Below, in pieces: positions 26,504 to 39,275 of a stretch of 56,971 nt of DNA (within the stretch, counting starts at the first letter, position 1; each line of letters begins with the position of its first letter). The position numbers and the translations under genes were made by a program. Origin of the DNA: Octopus bimaculoides (Eukaryota); the NCBI RefSeq assembly GCF_001194135.2, contig NC_068993.1:7758702-7815672 (forward strand). Direction: 5' to 3'. The notes below the pieces were generated by a model. The model made no database searches and was not told where the DNA came from. It saw only the letters and a list, made by a program, of their open reading frames with translations.

Positions 26504-26725
26504 AAAATTCATATTATTTACATTTGACGGGTATCTCTCCTCACCTTGTTTGTTGTTAACACAACGTTTCGGCTGATATATCCTCCAGCCTTCATCAGGT
26601 GTCTTGTGGAAATTTCAAACCTGGCTTCTCATTCCTAAGGTATTATCATTCGGGACAATACCTGGAATCGAACTCGGAACCTTGGGGTTAGTAGCCCGAG
26701 CTCTTAACCACTACGCCATATGCCC
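26504..26725 (-). mobile_element. tRNA-Arg(ACG)-like SINE (family E) carrying a 3' hammerhead ribozyme
   Basis: The minus strand reads GGGCATATGGCGTAGTGGTTAAGAGCTCGGGCTACTAACCCCAAGGTTCCGAGTTCGATTCCAGG. The A box is at 26708-26718 and the B box at 26664-26675. It aligns by eye to eukaryotic tRNA-Arg(ACG). The body and tail are homologous to a second copy at 41389-41710. The first T4 on the transcribed strand is at 26507-26504. Confidence 0.8.
26558..26603 (-). ncRNA. Minimal type I hammerhead ribozyme motif
   Basis: 5'-GACAC CUGAUGA A GGCUG GAGGAUAUAU CAGCC GAAA C G U U / GUGUU-3'. Stem I is GACAC:GUGUU and stem II is GGCUG:CAGCC. The core is CUGAUGA...GAAA, with palindromic AACGUU at stem III. 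Predicted cleavage is after GUU, between 26563 and 26562. Confidence 0.7.
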
Positions 26726-27284
26726 GTGGGCAATTATGGAGTAAATTTTAGGGCTTGTAAATCTAATATTTTCGTATCCTTCCTTAATAATGTAAACTTC
26801 ATATATTCAGAACACTAAGAAGAATGCCTAAGAAAATAATCGTTCGTTAAAGCGGTTGATTAACAGCTCAGTTAATAGATTGATTAAACATGTAAGCCAC
26901 TAGGTACAACGGAGTACCTAGTGGGTAGCATATCCCATTAGAAACTTGCTTAAGTGAATAAAGAATCATACGAACATAACTCTTTATTCTTTAATCTCTT
27001 TACTATTTATACATGCGTATATATATTTGCTCGTATGTATGGAAGGATGGATGAATGGATGGATGGATGGATGGATGGATGAAGGGAGGGAGGGATGGAC
27101 TAAGGGAGAGAGAGGGAGAGAAGGGTGTAAGTATATGACTTTCTGATTCTTTAATAATTACATTTCGCCAAACAAATAAAACTTTTGAATGACACGATAG
27201 GGTGATGCGTGCACAGCTGTAGAATAGATATAATGAAACAGATGTAGGACTGGAAAACTAATCAGAGATAAGCCATATACATAT

Positions 27285-27322
<38 letters not shown>

Positions 27323-27559
27323 GGATGTGTGTATATTTATATATATTTATATATCTATGTATATTTATATGCATATATATATATATATATATATATGATA
27401 TGACATGTGTGTGTGTGTGTGTATTTATGGATATATATTTCTTTGTAGATATATATTTCCTTATTTTAATTTCGCTTTCTCTTGAGAAACCTAATGACAC
27501 CGGCATCATTAGAATTATTATTAAGCCCACCAATTTGTCCTGGTCTGTTGGTACTCATG

Positions 27560-28000
27560 TACCCTTACGGGTACAGTTCTTACGGTACATTTCTGATGCC
27601 GACCACACTGATAACCAAAGTGTCCAGCACGGCAGTGGAGACCTGGTCAGCGTGTGCACACACAGCTCTCTTGGTACACAGGAGAGATGTAATTCCAACA
27701 GTTCGATGTCTAATGTGTCCGCCATATTGAAGTGGCGTCGTTCGCATGTGTTGACAGTGACAGCGCGCTCCTGAGTTCTAGGACAACCGCATGTATTAGG
27801 AGGACAGTGAAGCCTTCACTTTTCCGGTCATTGCGGTAAACCGTGTTGAGGCGGCGAGAACCATGTTGAAAGACAATATGTAGATAGTGGAGTTATGCAT
27901 CAAGAGAAACAGAACGAAGGGGGTTCCCAGCTTGGTACTGAGTGGGCCCATGTCAACCAACGTCGTATTCTGTTGATAAACAGAGAGTCTTTTTTAAAGT
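27560..28000 (-). pseudogene. Possible decayed AP-endonuclease region of a non-LTR retrotransposon
   Basis: This is a GC-richer, non-simple island. Across frameshifts it gives KRLSVYQQN..., TVYRNDRKSEGFTVLLIH and DIELLELHL, echoing the N-terminal ..QxN and YRxDR..GGGV.I motifs of APE domains. Confidence 0.4.
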
Positions 28001-28228
28001 ACCTGAGTTCTTGATTAGATCGGACTCTTAGACAGAGAAAATGTCGTAAGAACCTACGCGAAGGGTGTCTAGTCTCATTCAGAGATGACCTAAATGGAAG
28101 CTGCCTCTGAAAGATGGGGACGAACTAACACTTATACTGCTTCGAAGCTGAACTAGTGTCAGTGTGTCACGCCAAACCCTTGAAAATCATTGTCACACGT
28201 CCTTATCAACGTCGTCGTCATCGTCGTC

Positions 28229-28280
<52 letters not shown>

Positions 28281-29132
28281 CCAACATCGTATTTGTCCTT
28301 GACAGTTGTTATTAGAACATTTTCCATACTAGGTTGGTTACGCACCAGACCATGTTATATAATGAGAAATTGGTCCCGTTCATGTACGCACACATATTCA
28401 CACACACACATACACACACAGACACACACACACACACAAATGCACGCGCACACATGCACGCACACACGCACACACACACACACACTCACACGCACAAAGA
28501 TGCACACAAACCATAAAGACAAAATCAAATGCTCTCAGACACACCACACACATGTTACTAGCACACCCCACAGAATAAATTCAATATTTTCTCCCAAAAC
28601 ACACACACGCACAGACAGATACGAACCACTCACATGCATCGCCTACAAAACACACAAAACCATGCACGCGGTTTTTGCAGGTTTTTGTTTGTTTTTCTGA
28701 ATTTTTTTTTTGGGGGGGGGGTTGCCCGCCTCCATGAAAGAAGATGCGTGGAAGGTCAAGGGAGGTTACTTCCTTCCTGTTTGAATTTCAACGAGAAACG
28801 AAACCAAAATCCAAAGATGAACCATTCCTTTCTCTTCATCGTCTAAGAAAAATAGAAAAGAAACACAACACTACCTCAACGTAATTATTCATTTGCTAAT
28901 TCTTGATAAACAGGCCCAGAAACAGCGGTGGTAGAGTTTGCTGCTTGTTGTGATTTTGACGGCGGTGGTGGCGCTTGATGTGAGAAGGTAGGTTGCGATG
29001 GTGGCGGTGGTGGCTGTGGTGATGTTGCTGGTGGGAACAAACAAGGTAAACAACAGGCTGTATGCATGTGTGATATAGAACATGGAACGGTGCATATTTC
29101 CACTTCCAATTCATCAACCTGTAGTAGTAGTT

Positions 29133-29191
<59 letters not shown>

Positions 29192-29374
29192 CTTCGTTGT
29201 TGCCATAGTGGTGGTGGTGGTGGTGATCGTGGGCATCATCGTAGTGGTGGTGGTGATGGTGGTGGATGTTCTTGTTGTTATAAACGACGCAGGCGACGAT
29301 AATGATGATGAAGACATAAGGCAAAACTCTGTAAAGTATAGTAATATATGAAAATATTCGTCCCATTTATGTGG

Positions 29375-29411
<37 letters not shown>

Positions 29412-29425
29412 CATATATATATAAG

Positions 29426-29466
<41 letters not shown>

Positions 29467-29588
29467 ATTTATATGTGTATATACACACATATATATCGAT
29501 AGATACAAGATATATACGGTTAGGTAAACAGGTATATATTCTATGCGTATATATATACATATTTATATATATATATATAATTATATAT

Positions 29589-29860
29589 AAATCTCACCTG
29601 CAAACCCATGGAAAACAAACCTCATCCAGCTATCCTGATTATATGTCTGTGCACACGTTTGAATGTGGCGTGTGCCAGAGGGTTTGCAAATCCAATGGTG
29701 GGGGGGGGGCCTTAAAAGACATGTTAGGATCCACAGCGAGCAGAACTTACTTGCAGGTATTGGTAGTGCAAATCAGAGGTGCAATCTGTGTGGGTGTTTT
29801 TTCAGAACATTGCCTGGTTTAAAAAGCCACATCAGACGCCATGAACGGGCTAAGGTGTAG
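29589..29860 (+). pseudogene. Frameshifted tandem C2H2 zinc-finger ORF end, probably the 3' end of an RTE-type LINE
   Basis: It reads KSHLQTH...[15 protein letters not shown][poly-G frameshift at about 29699-29709]LKRHVRIH...[26 protein letters not shown]. The linkers are not TGEKP, and the 5' end is truncated at a microsatellite. Confidence 0.7.
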
Positions 29861-30467
29861 GTGCAGGAGGTGGTCAANNNNNNNNNNNNNNNNNNNNNNN
29901 NNNNNNNNNNNNNNNNNNNNNNNNNNNNNNNNNNNNNNNNNNNNNNNNNNNNNNNNNNNNNNNNNNNNNNNNNNNNNNNNNNNNNNNNNNNNNNNNNNNN
30001 NNNNNNNNNNNNNNNNNNNNNNNNNNNNNNNNNNNNNNNNNNNNNNNNNNNNNNNNNNNNNNNNNNNNNNNNNNNNNNNNNNNNNNNNNNNNNNNNNNNN
30101 NNNNNNNNNNNNNNNNNNNNNNNNNNNNNNNNNNNNNNNNNNNNNNNNNNNNNNNNNNNNNNNNNNNNNNNNNNNNNNNNNNNNNNNNNNNNNNNNNNNN
30201 NNNNNNNNNNNNNNNNNNNNNNNNNNNNNNNNNNNNNNNNNNNNNNNNNNNNNNNNNNNNNNNNNNNNNNNNNNNNNNNNNNNNNNNNNNNNNNNNNNNN
30301 NNNNNNNNNNNNNNNNNNNNNNNNNNNNNNNNNNNNNNNNNNNNNNNNNNNNNNNNNNNNNNNNNNNNNNNNNNNNNNNNNNNNNNNNNNNNNNNNNNNN
30401 NNNNNNNNNNNNNNNNNNNNNNNNNNNNNNNNNNNNNNNNNNNNNNNNNNNNNNNNNNNNNNNNNNN

Positions 30468-30498
<31 letters not shown>

Positions 30499-30627
30499 AA
30501 TATATATATATATACATCATAAATATATAGGGATTAGCAGTAACCTGCTTCTCCAACATACTGAGAATTCAGAAATAGCAGCCAAAGAACTACTGATTCC
30601 AAAACTACTAATTGACGATTCCCTGCC

Positions 30628-30668
<41 letters not shown>

Positions 30669-32376
30669 TTGCGTTTTTGTCCGATTTTGTATTTTATATA
30701 TATATAAACAGCGGCGTACGTACACTGTGGTCTCTTATATATAAGTATATATTTATTTAAACCTTGTACGACTCTATTCTTTCTTTTATTCTTTCCTTCT
30801 TTCTATCAGCCCCGTCACTCTTACTTCGTTCATTCCACTCTTCGTTCTTTCGTTCCCCCTCTCTCACATTTTCTCACCTTCTTTTCATGCTCACTTTCCC
30901 TCCTCTTTTCACTTCACTGTGTCCCTGTAATTTTTTCACGCCCCTCCTTAATTCTTCTGATCTTCTGCCTCTCTCTCTCTCTCTCTCTCTTCTCTCCCCA
31001 CCTTCGTCCAAGCCTGACCTATCTTTCTTGGTTTGGCCGCCGTCCGTGCATCATTTATATTTCTCCTTGTGCCTGTGAAATCTTGTATCCTTGCCGTAAG
31101 GCTTTATCTCCTCACACGACAGCTTAATTTAATTCGTCCTTAGTCGAAAGACACCTGTTGTTAAGTCCTGTTATTTGTATTTGTGTAACATTCTCCGTTT
31201 TTTTCCGTCCTTGTTTTCGTATACATTCGCTGCTTTCTTCCAAGCAATATAATGTTTACATGAGTAAACAAGAGAGACAGAGACAGTCAGAAACAAGGAA
31301 AATGCGCCTTTTATTTGAATACTATGCACATTCTGTATTAAATTACCTTTCATTTAATTTTTCCAAAATTCAATTGTCTTCCATTCTTACAGTTGAAAAA
31401 GTCTCAATGACCGAAACCGGTACTGAAATGTTTTTTATAAAATTTTGTTAGCATTTTCTACCTTGACATTTTTCCATATCTAACATTATATATAAATATA
31501 ATATTTACTTATATGTCGGATTTATATATGTAGGAAAGACGGGAAAAGTCTGCATTTCCACTCATCAACATTTTTCCCCCTCTTTTCTAAACGCTTTCTC
31601 TCCATTATTTTCAAATATTTTTGTCTTCTTTTCGTCTTCCTTTATTTTTCTATTGTCAAACTAATCTATGATTTATTGTCCTGTTTTTGTACATTTGTGT
31701 TAGTCTGCAAATCTCTTACACTCATATTCTTTATATATTCACTCACTTATTAATATTATTATTGGTAGTAGTAGTAGTATGATTATTTTTGTTTTTATTA
31801 TTATTATTCATTTATTTATTTATCTGTTTAATTCTTTATTTATATGTTGTAACTTTCGCTGTGTTTACCGTTTTGTGTTCTACCGAATTCGATGTATCTT
31901 GGAGGAATTTGTCTTCGAACTTTTCTCTAAGTATTGTTTTTAGTGTATTTTTTTAACATTTTAAACTCATTAATGCTTCTGTCGTATTGATATATTCTTA
32001 TGCCCATCTCATCTTTGTTACTCTGGTCCGCTTTCAGTCTTGTTGATCACACAGTTTCGCTAATTCGTTGCTTCCTACGTATGTATCAACTTACTACAGG
32101 CACCGAGAGACGTAGAATGATGGAGAGTGGGGGAGAGAGAGAAAGAGAGAGAATGAGAGAGAAAATGAGTGACAGACAATGAAATAGACAGACAAACAGA
32201 CGGACAGAATAAGGAAGAAAATGACAATGAGAGAGCGGGTGAATGGAGGAGAGAAACGATTTGAGAAGAGGAAACGAATAGAGAGAATGAGAAAGAGACA
32301 CTGAGATAGAATCACAGAATGTGTCACTGTGTGTGTGTGTGTCTGTGTGTGTGTTTGTGAGTGTGTGTGTGTGTGC

Positions 32377-32438
<62 letters not shown>

Positions 32439-33659
32439 GAGTTTGTTGCGAAGACGGTGAAACAAAGGACCAAATGTATAAAGAAGTGCAACTTCCCGGT
32501 TTAATTCTTCGTTCCCCCCGCCACCCAAGAGTAAATAAACAAAAACAGCAACAACAACAACAACGACAACAACAACAGTAGCAGCAGCAGCAGCAACAGC
32601 AGCAAAATCAAAATCTTGCTTTTCTGTTTATTCAGACACGCGCCCTCATGCAGTCTGACACAAAGCGATATATCATAACAGCCCACGATTCCAACACAGA
32701 TCGAGGATTCTCATATATAATGTCTGGCCTAAGGTGCCTAGAAGCTGGGTGATGACAGGCTTGAAAAAGCATTGCAGGAATGAATATTAGTTTCTTCTCC
32801 ATGAAATCGCAGCCCCTTACACAGATACGTGATAGACACACACGCACACACACACACACATGTATGATTGTATGTATGAATATATATATAGATAGACATA
32901 GATTGATATAAACTCACGATGCGCATACACACATGCGCGCGCATACACACATGCACGCGCATGCACACACAAACACACACACACATATATATATATGCAT
33001 GTGTAGGAAGAAAATATGTCCGACATAACTAAGGACGCTTAAGTACAATCGAAAAATTGATTTACTTTTGAAGGAAGACCTATTGTTTCATTACAAGCGG
33101 AAATAATTATTTTTAACTCTTTTACTGCGGAAATCTGACTTATTCATTCAAGATTTCGTTACTCTTAACGGCGGAGAGCGTTATTATGACCGCTATCTCT
33201 ATTTTGTGGAGACATGTCGAACTAATCGATGCAACGTAACTTGCAGAAATTACCAATTCTATATTTTGGTAGACATTCAACATTATTACTGGAATAACCG
33301 TAAAATCTAATCAAAGGGTTAATATAGACTATACACATATTATATCGATAAGGCACAAACCAACACAAACTGTCAAGCGATTTCTTTTGAGACAAAAAAC
33401 TAAAGCAAAGACACACACATACATACACAGACTGTATTTTCTGGTATAAATGTCGACGTATCCATAGTGCTATCATGTAATTCAGGCCATCAAACACAGT
33501 TACTATCTTTTTAGTACCGGCTGCATTTCACATGGAATTTTTAGTCACCAAAATCGTCTTAGTGTTAGGGTCGACCTACTTCGTTCGGCAGTAAATTTTG
33601 GTTTGAAAATTTAAATTTGTATGCCGGAATATACAGTATATACAACGAGCGTCCACATA

Positions 33660-33770
33660 GCTTCAACCTCGTAAATTTAAAAGACATCTGTTAGTCCTAA
33701 GCTATACAAGAAACTACTTGCTCAAGATTCCACACAATGAGACCAAACTGAAGAGCACGTAAACGCAAAT
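33660..33770 (-). mobile_element. SINE family A 5' part, highly diverged
   Basis: CTAAGCTATACAAGAAACTACTTGCTCAAGATTCCACACAATGAGAC is colinear with 51520-51580. Confidence 0.5.
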
Positions 33771-34358
33771 CGTGTATAAAGAATTTTATTCATTTACAGC
33801 ACACTATCATCATTTATGTATCAAACATCACTGCTTTACTAAAGAACACACTGCAATTTAGTAACGTTTAGTTCAAGAACTTCGGAAAATGAAACACCTT
33901 CACAGAATGGTAAACTATGTATATTTCGCAAATACAGTACTTCCAAATACATCATATTCTATTATTTGCAATAATTCTACAAATATATACGAACAACAAA
34001 AAAGTCTAAAAGTGTTTTCGAAAAAATCCATTTATTGCCGTGGTTTTATGAGCTATTATACATATGTAATTATAACCCTTACGAAACTAGAGGTAAAGAT
34101 TCGAGTGGTTACGATCGTCATATTCTGTATCGTTTCAATAGATGGAATTTCATTTTATCGCTTAAATCATGAGTTTGGGTGTAATAAGTTCATTCTAAAG
34201 CATTAGCCATCTGGCAATATATAAGCACACACACATATGTATATGTATATGCATAAATAGACACATCCACACACAACACACACACACACACACATTTGTT
34301 TCTTTTAATGTTGCAAACATATATGCTAAGCTCGTGCTTAACCATATATATATATATG

Positions 34359-34406
<48 letters not shown>

Positions 34407-35268
34407 NNNNNNNNNNNNNNNNNNNNNNNNNNNNNNNNNNNNNNNNNNNNNNNNNNNNNNNNNNNNNNNNNNNNNNNNNNNNNNNNNNNNNNNNNNNNNN
34501 NNNNNNNNNNNNNNNNNNNNNNNNNNNNNNNNNNNNNNNNNNNNNNNNNNNNNNNNNNNNNNNNNNNNNNNNNNNNNNNNNNNNNNNNNNNNNNNNNNNN
34601 NNNNNNNNNNNNNNNNNNNNNNNNNNNNNNNNNNNNNNNNNNNNNNNNNNNNNNNNNNNNNNNNNNNNNNNNNNNNNNNNNNNNNNNNNNNNNNNNNNNN
34701 NNNNNNNNNNNNNNNNNNNNNNNNNNNNNNNNNNNNNNNNNNNNNNNNNNNNNNNNNNNNNNNNNNNNNNNNNNNNNNNNNNNNNNNNNNNNNNNNNNNN
34801 NNNNNNNNNNNNNNNNNNNNNNNNNNNNNNNNNNNNNNNNNNNNNNNNNNNNNNNNNNNNNNNNNNNNNNNNNNNNNNTATATATATCAGTGTGTGATGG
34901 CATATGTATAGGTAAACGCACACACGAAAACATACAATAACGCGCGCGCCACACACTCATATATATATACACAATCTACACACATACATATACATTCGCA
35001 CACACATACCTATATAGGCGGAGTCTAAGGTGTCTGGTTTCCCTACGTAGACCATCAATTCCACTCTCTAAAGAAGATAATGCAGTTTGATGTCTTAAAA
35101 CTTTTCGTAGTTTCCTTATTTATATATCTGCTACGACCTAAATATTTTATGATGGCGGCAGCTGCAAATATTCTCAAACTTATTTCCAAAAGCTAGCTGC
35201 TGCTTGCTTCCTATCGCAAATCTTGTCAGACGGTATCGTCCATAACCCTGAACAATTAGATCGACGAC

Positions 35269-35326
<58 letters not shown>

Positions 35327-35595
35327 GTTCGCATTTTTGATTTTGTTTTTGTCAGTTTTTCTGTTTATTTTCTTTTAATGTTTTGATATTTTCTCTTACT
35401 GCTGACTTCCATACACACAAATGTATGTGTGAGTATGTGTATGTGTTTAAATATAAGTATATATATCTATGTTTGTGTGAATCTCTGTGTGTGTATGTGT
35501 ATATGTAAGTGATATATATATATGCATATATATCATTCGTTCTTCGTATAATATGTATATAAATATATAAGTTCTTGTATATATGTATTTGTAAA

Positions 35596-35653
<58 letters not shown>

Positions 35654-36267
35654 CACACATATATATACATACACACACACACACACATATATATATATAT
35701 TTAGATGTATTCATACTTGCATATATACATACACATACATATATACATCGATACAGGCACATCTAATCGGTTTTGTCGAATAGATACGAGTTATGAAACG
35801 TTCTTCTTTATTATATTACCGCTTCACTACATAGGTGCATGAATCTTTTTGATGGCGTTTTCCGTGCCCTCATGTAGATCTTCACCCCGTGTTTTCACTA
35901 GATCGCTGATGATGGTGTAGCTAAATTAAAATTGTCTATCACAACATTATTAGTCCTCGACTGATCTCTAATGCATTTACAGAATCATATTAATGTCTAC
36001 AATCGTATTAAAACATATAATCTGCTTCCAAGCTAACGGATTCCTGTAGAATATTTACGTTTTCGATGTGAACAGCTTTTGTTCCATTATTGTAAACTGT
36101 TTTATAGAATCAATCGTTGTGTTGTTATAGTTGTTATTATTAATGTTGTTGTTGTTGTACCACCTTAAGTCACACAATTGTATTTCAGTCACGATCACAC
36201 TGCGTTTTTTTTTTCTTTTACAGGTAATTACCTGATGTGTTCTGTTCGTATTATAAAAGCTGGGGAA

Positions 36268-36465
36268 AAGGCGGTGAGCTGGCAGAATCGTTAGCAGACT
36301 TGGCGAAATGCTTAGCGGCATTTCGTCCGTCTTTACGTTCTGAGTTCAAATTCTGCCGAGGTCGACTTTGCCTTTCATCCTTTCAAGGTCGATAAATTAA
36401 GTACCAGTGATCGACTTGTTACCTCCCCACAAATTTAAAGCCTTACGCCTCCAATAGAAAGGATA
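36268..36465 (+). mobile_element. SINE family B, well preserved
   Basis: GGCGGTGAGCTGGCAGAATCGTTAGC...GAGTTCAAATTCTGCCGAGGTCGACTTTGCCTTTCATCCTTTCAAGGTCGATAAATTAAGTACCAG. Confidence 0.85.
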
Positions 36466-36903
36466 TATTAGTATATGAGTAAACATTCTTACGAATGGAG
36501 ACACCAGGATTATAATCTTTATCATCGAGGGAACGTTAAGAAGAAATTTAATGCGACTAATAAGAAAAGCACCTCAAACTTAATAACTGTATTCCCAATA
36601 ACCGCAAGGCACCTTCAACCCCATCTTGTAAATTATTCCTCCGTTTACACTATCGCCTTTTAAAAAAAATTATCCTTTGTTTCTTACCACACTAACGTAA
36701 TAAAAACACATTAACGCTTATAATTAAATTAAAATACTTTCCTTCTCATTTACAAATTCATTAATATATAAATTTAAATTCTGTTTTGCCTTGACAAAAA
36801 TTTCGTTGTTAATTGTTTTAATTTGATAGTTTGCAATTTTCTTCAAAAATTATAAGATTCCATCTGAGTCACCAAGAAGTAACGCTGGAATACATAATGA
36901 ACC

Positions 36904-36954
<51 letters not shown>

Positions 36955-37334
36955 GTCATCATTATTATCATTATTATTATATTTCAATAATTCATTCAGA
37001 TAGCTATTGCTAGAGAAAGCATCAAATTACGTTTTCTGTTTTCGTTTGATGGACAAAAACTAGATAATGGACAATGATTTACAAAAGTACCTATTACTTG
37101 TATTTTCATATATATAAGTCGAACTTTTTCCGACCAAATTTTGCAGCCAAATGAGAGATAATTCGACTTATACGTCATGAGGTCTTTGGAGGAACAAACA
37201 TTTCAAGTGATTTGCAACAGGATTAGAATATTTACAATACATGTTTATACTAGTATAGCACGACAGTTTGTATGACTAAAAAAGGGTTTTTGTTATATTT
37301 AAGATATAGCTGCATACCCCTTCTGCACCGATAG

Positions 37335-37730
37335 TTGGAGTGGTTTTGTGATAAAAAGCTTGCTTCCCAAAACATGGTTCCGGGTTCACTCTCACTGCGT
37401 GGCACCTTGGACAATTGTCTTCTACTACGGCCTTGGGCTGACGAAAGCCTTGTAAGTAGATTCGGTAGATGGAAACGGAAAGAAGCCCATCCTATATCTA
37501 TGTATGTATGTGTGTGCTTATCCCCCGCCCCACCATCGCTTGACAACCGATGATGCTGTGTTTACGTCCCCATCACTTAGTGGTGGTTCGCAAAAGAAAA
37601 CCAACAGATTAACGGCTAAGCTTACGAAAAATAAGTCCTGGGGTCCAGTTCTTCGACTAAATGCGCTGCTCCAGCATGTCTGCAGCCAACTGACTGAAAC
37701 AGGTAAAAGAATAAAAGAATAAAAGAATGA
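37335..37730 (+). mobile_element. SINE family A, near full length with (TAAAAGAA)n tail
   Basis: It has a tRNA-like head (GGTTCCGGGTTCACTCTC), the motif GGCACCTTGGACAATTGTCTT, a central simple repeat, and a tail GTAAAAGAATAAAAGAATAAAAGAAT. Confidence 0.85.
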
Positions 37731-38528
37731 AATACAGATAACCTTAGAATATTAGATACTCCCTGCCTGTAAAATACGTGACCCTGTGCGTCTCTTTTAT
37801 AAACGAACGCTGCAGGCCATATCAACCGAAAGGCTGCATTCATGCACAGACCCCAAACTCAAACTACTGCGCTTATCTGCATATAACCCTTATAATATTC
37901 TCTGTGGTGGTCTTTCGAAACTTTCACCAAATTCTAAATTACGAAATACCACGTGATGTGCATTTTCGTCACTGCAGACAGAGAGGGCGGTGGATAATTA
38001 ATGGCTGCCTCATAAGCTAAAGACGAGATCAAATAACTGAAAAACGCACACACACACACACATACATACACACACGCATACATACACACACATACACACA
38101 CAAGAGTGTTTAGTTCCTAGTAATAAACACTGTTGTTATATAATTATGTTGCACTCTTCTTTCCAGGTTAGGTACAATAGGGCTTTGTATGTTAATAAAT
38201 AAAACTTTGTTTTTAAAAAGGGAACGCTTATGATATATGTATAAATGCAGAAAGAGAACAGAGTCAACCACATCGCAGTGCAGCTTATATAAACATGGCG
38301 TACGTGAGAAAATCCTTTGCTTGTAGTTTGCGGGGAGAATGATAAAGTGAATTCGGAGACGCCTGTTTGTGATAATAACGGTGGTCATATACAGGCATGC
38401 ACACAGACACAGATACACATACACATACACACACACACGCGCACACAAAAACACACACAAGCACACACACACACACACGCATATATATATATATGCATAT
38501 CGATAGACAGACATACAGAGAGATAAGC

Positions 38529-38569
<41 letters not shown>

Positions 38570-39225
38570 CGAGAGAGAGAGAGAGAGAAAGAGAAAGCTA
38601 GAAAGAGATAAGGAGAGAGAGAGAGAAAGGTAGAGGGAGAGCAAGAAAGAGAGGCAGTGAGAGAGAGAGGGAGCTAAAGAGCGAGAGAGAGAGAGGGAGT
38701 TAAAGAGAGAGAGAGAATTTCCACAAATGTATGCAGCAGAAAGACTTATAACTATGTGAGTAAGCGTATCTGTGTATGCGTGTATGTATGTATGTATGTA
38801 TGTATGTATGTATGTATGTGTACGTTTACTGAACCATAGGCACCAGAGTACCTCAGAACAAGAGTGTACTCTAAATTTTCATTTATTAATATCATACCTA
38901 CAACCGCGAACCGTCAGCAGCAGATACATTTCGTCTCAGAGAAATTTGTCAAAGAAAGCTGGCAGTTAAAACTCGGAGAAGTGGTGAATTGTCAGACGTA
39001 TTCTTTCGACTTTATTTAGTCTCCTCAAGGACGATTCATCTGAACTAAGCTAAAAATGCTTGTTATTATATAGAAATCGGGAACCGAAACATTTACTGAC
39101 TGTACAACGGCTGAACCAGATTAGTATTTAATTCTTACGTGTAGAACATTTTTAATATAAGCACAACTGTGAAATGGCACTAGCTGTAATATTTAGTCCC
39201 AGAGAAGATTCTCAAAGAACGGCTT

Positions 39226-39275
<50 letters not shown>

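Noticed and set aside
26660-26725. Functional tRNA gene
   Set aside because: The 3' acceptor strand is missing, the anticodon and T stems are mismatched, and it continues into a repeat body, so it is a SINE head.
36221-36234. 14-bp perfect palindrome CAGGTAATTACCTG with splice-like signals on both strands
   Set aside because: It is short enough to be chance, and the minus-strand acceptor falls inside a SINE boundary.
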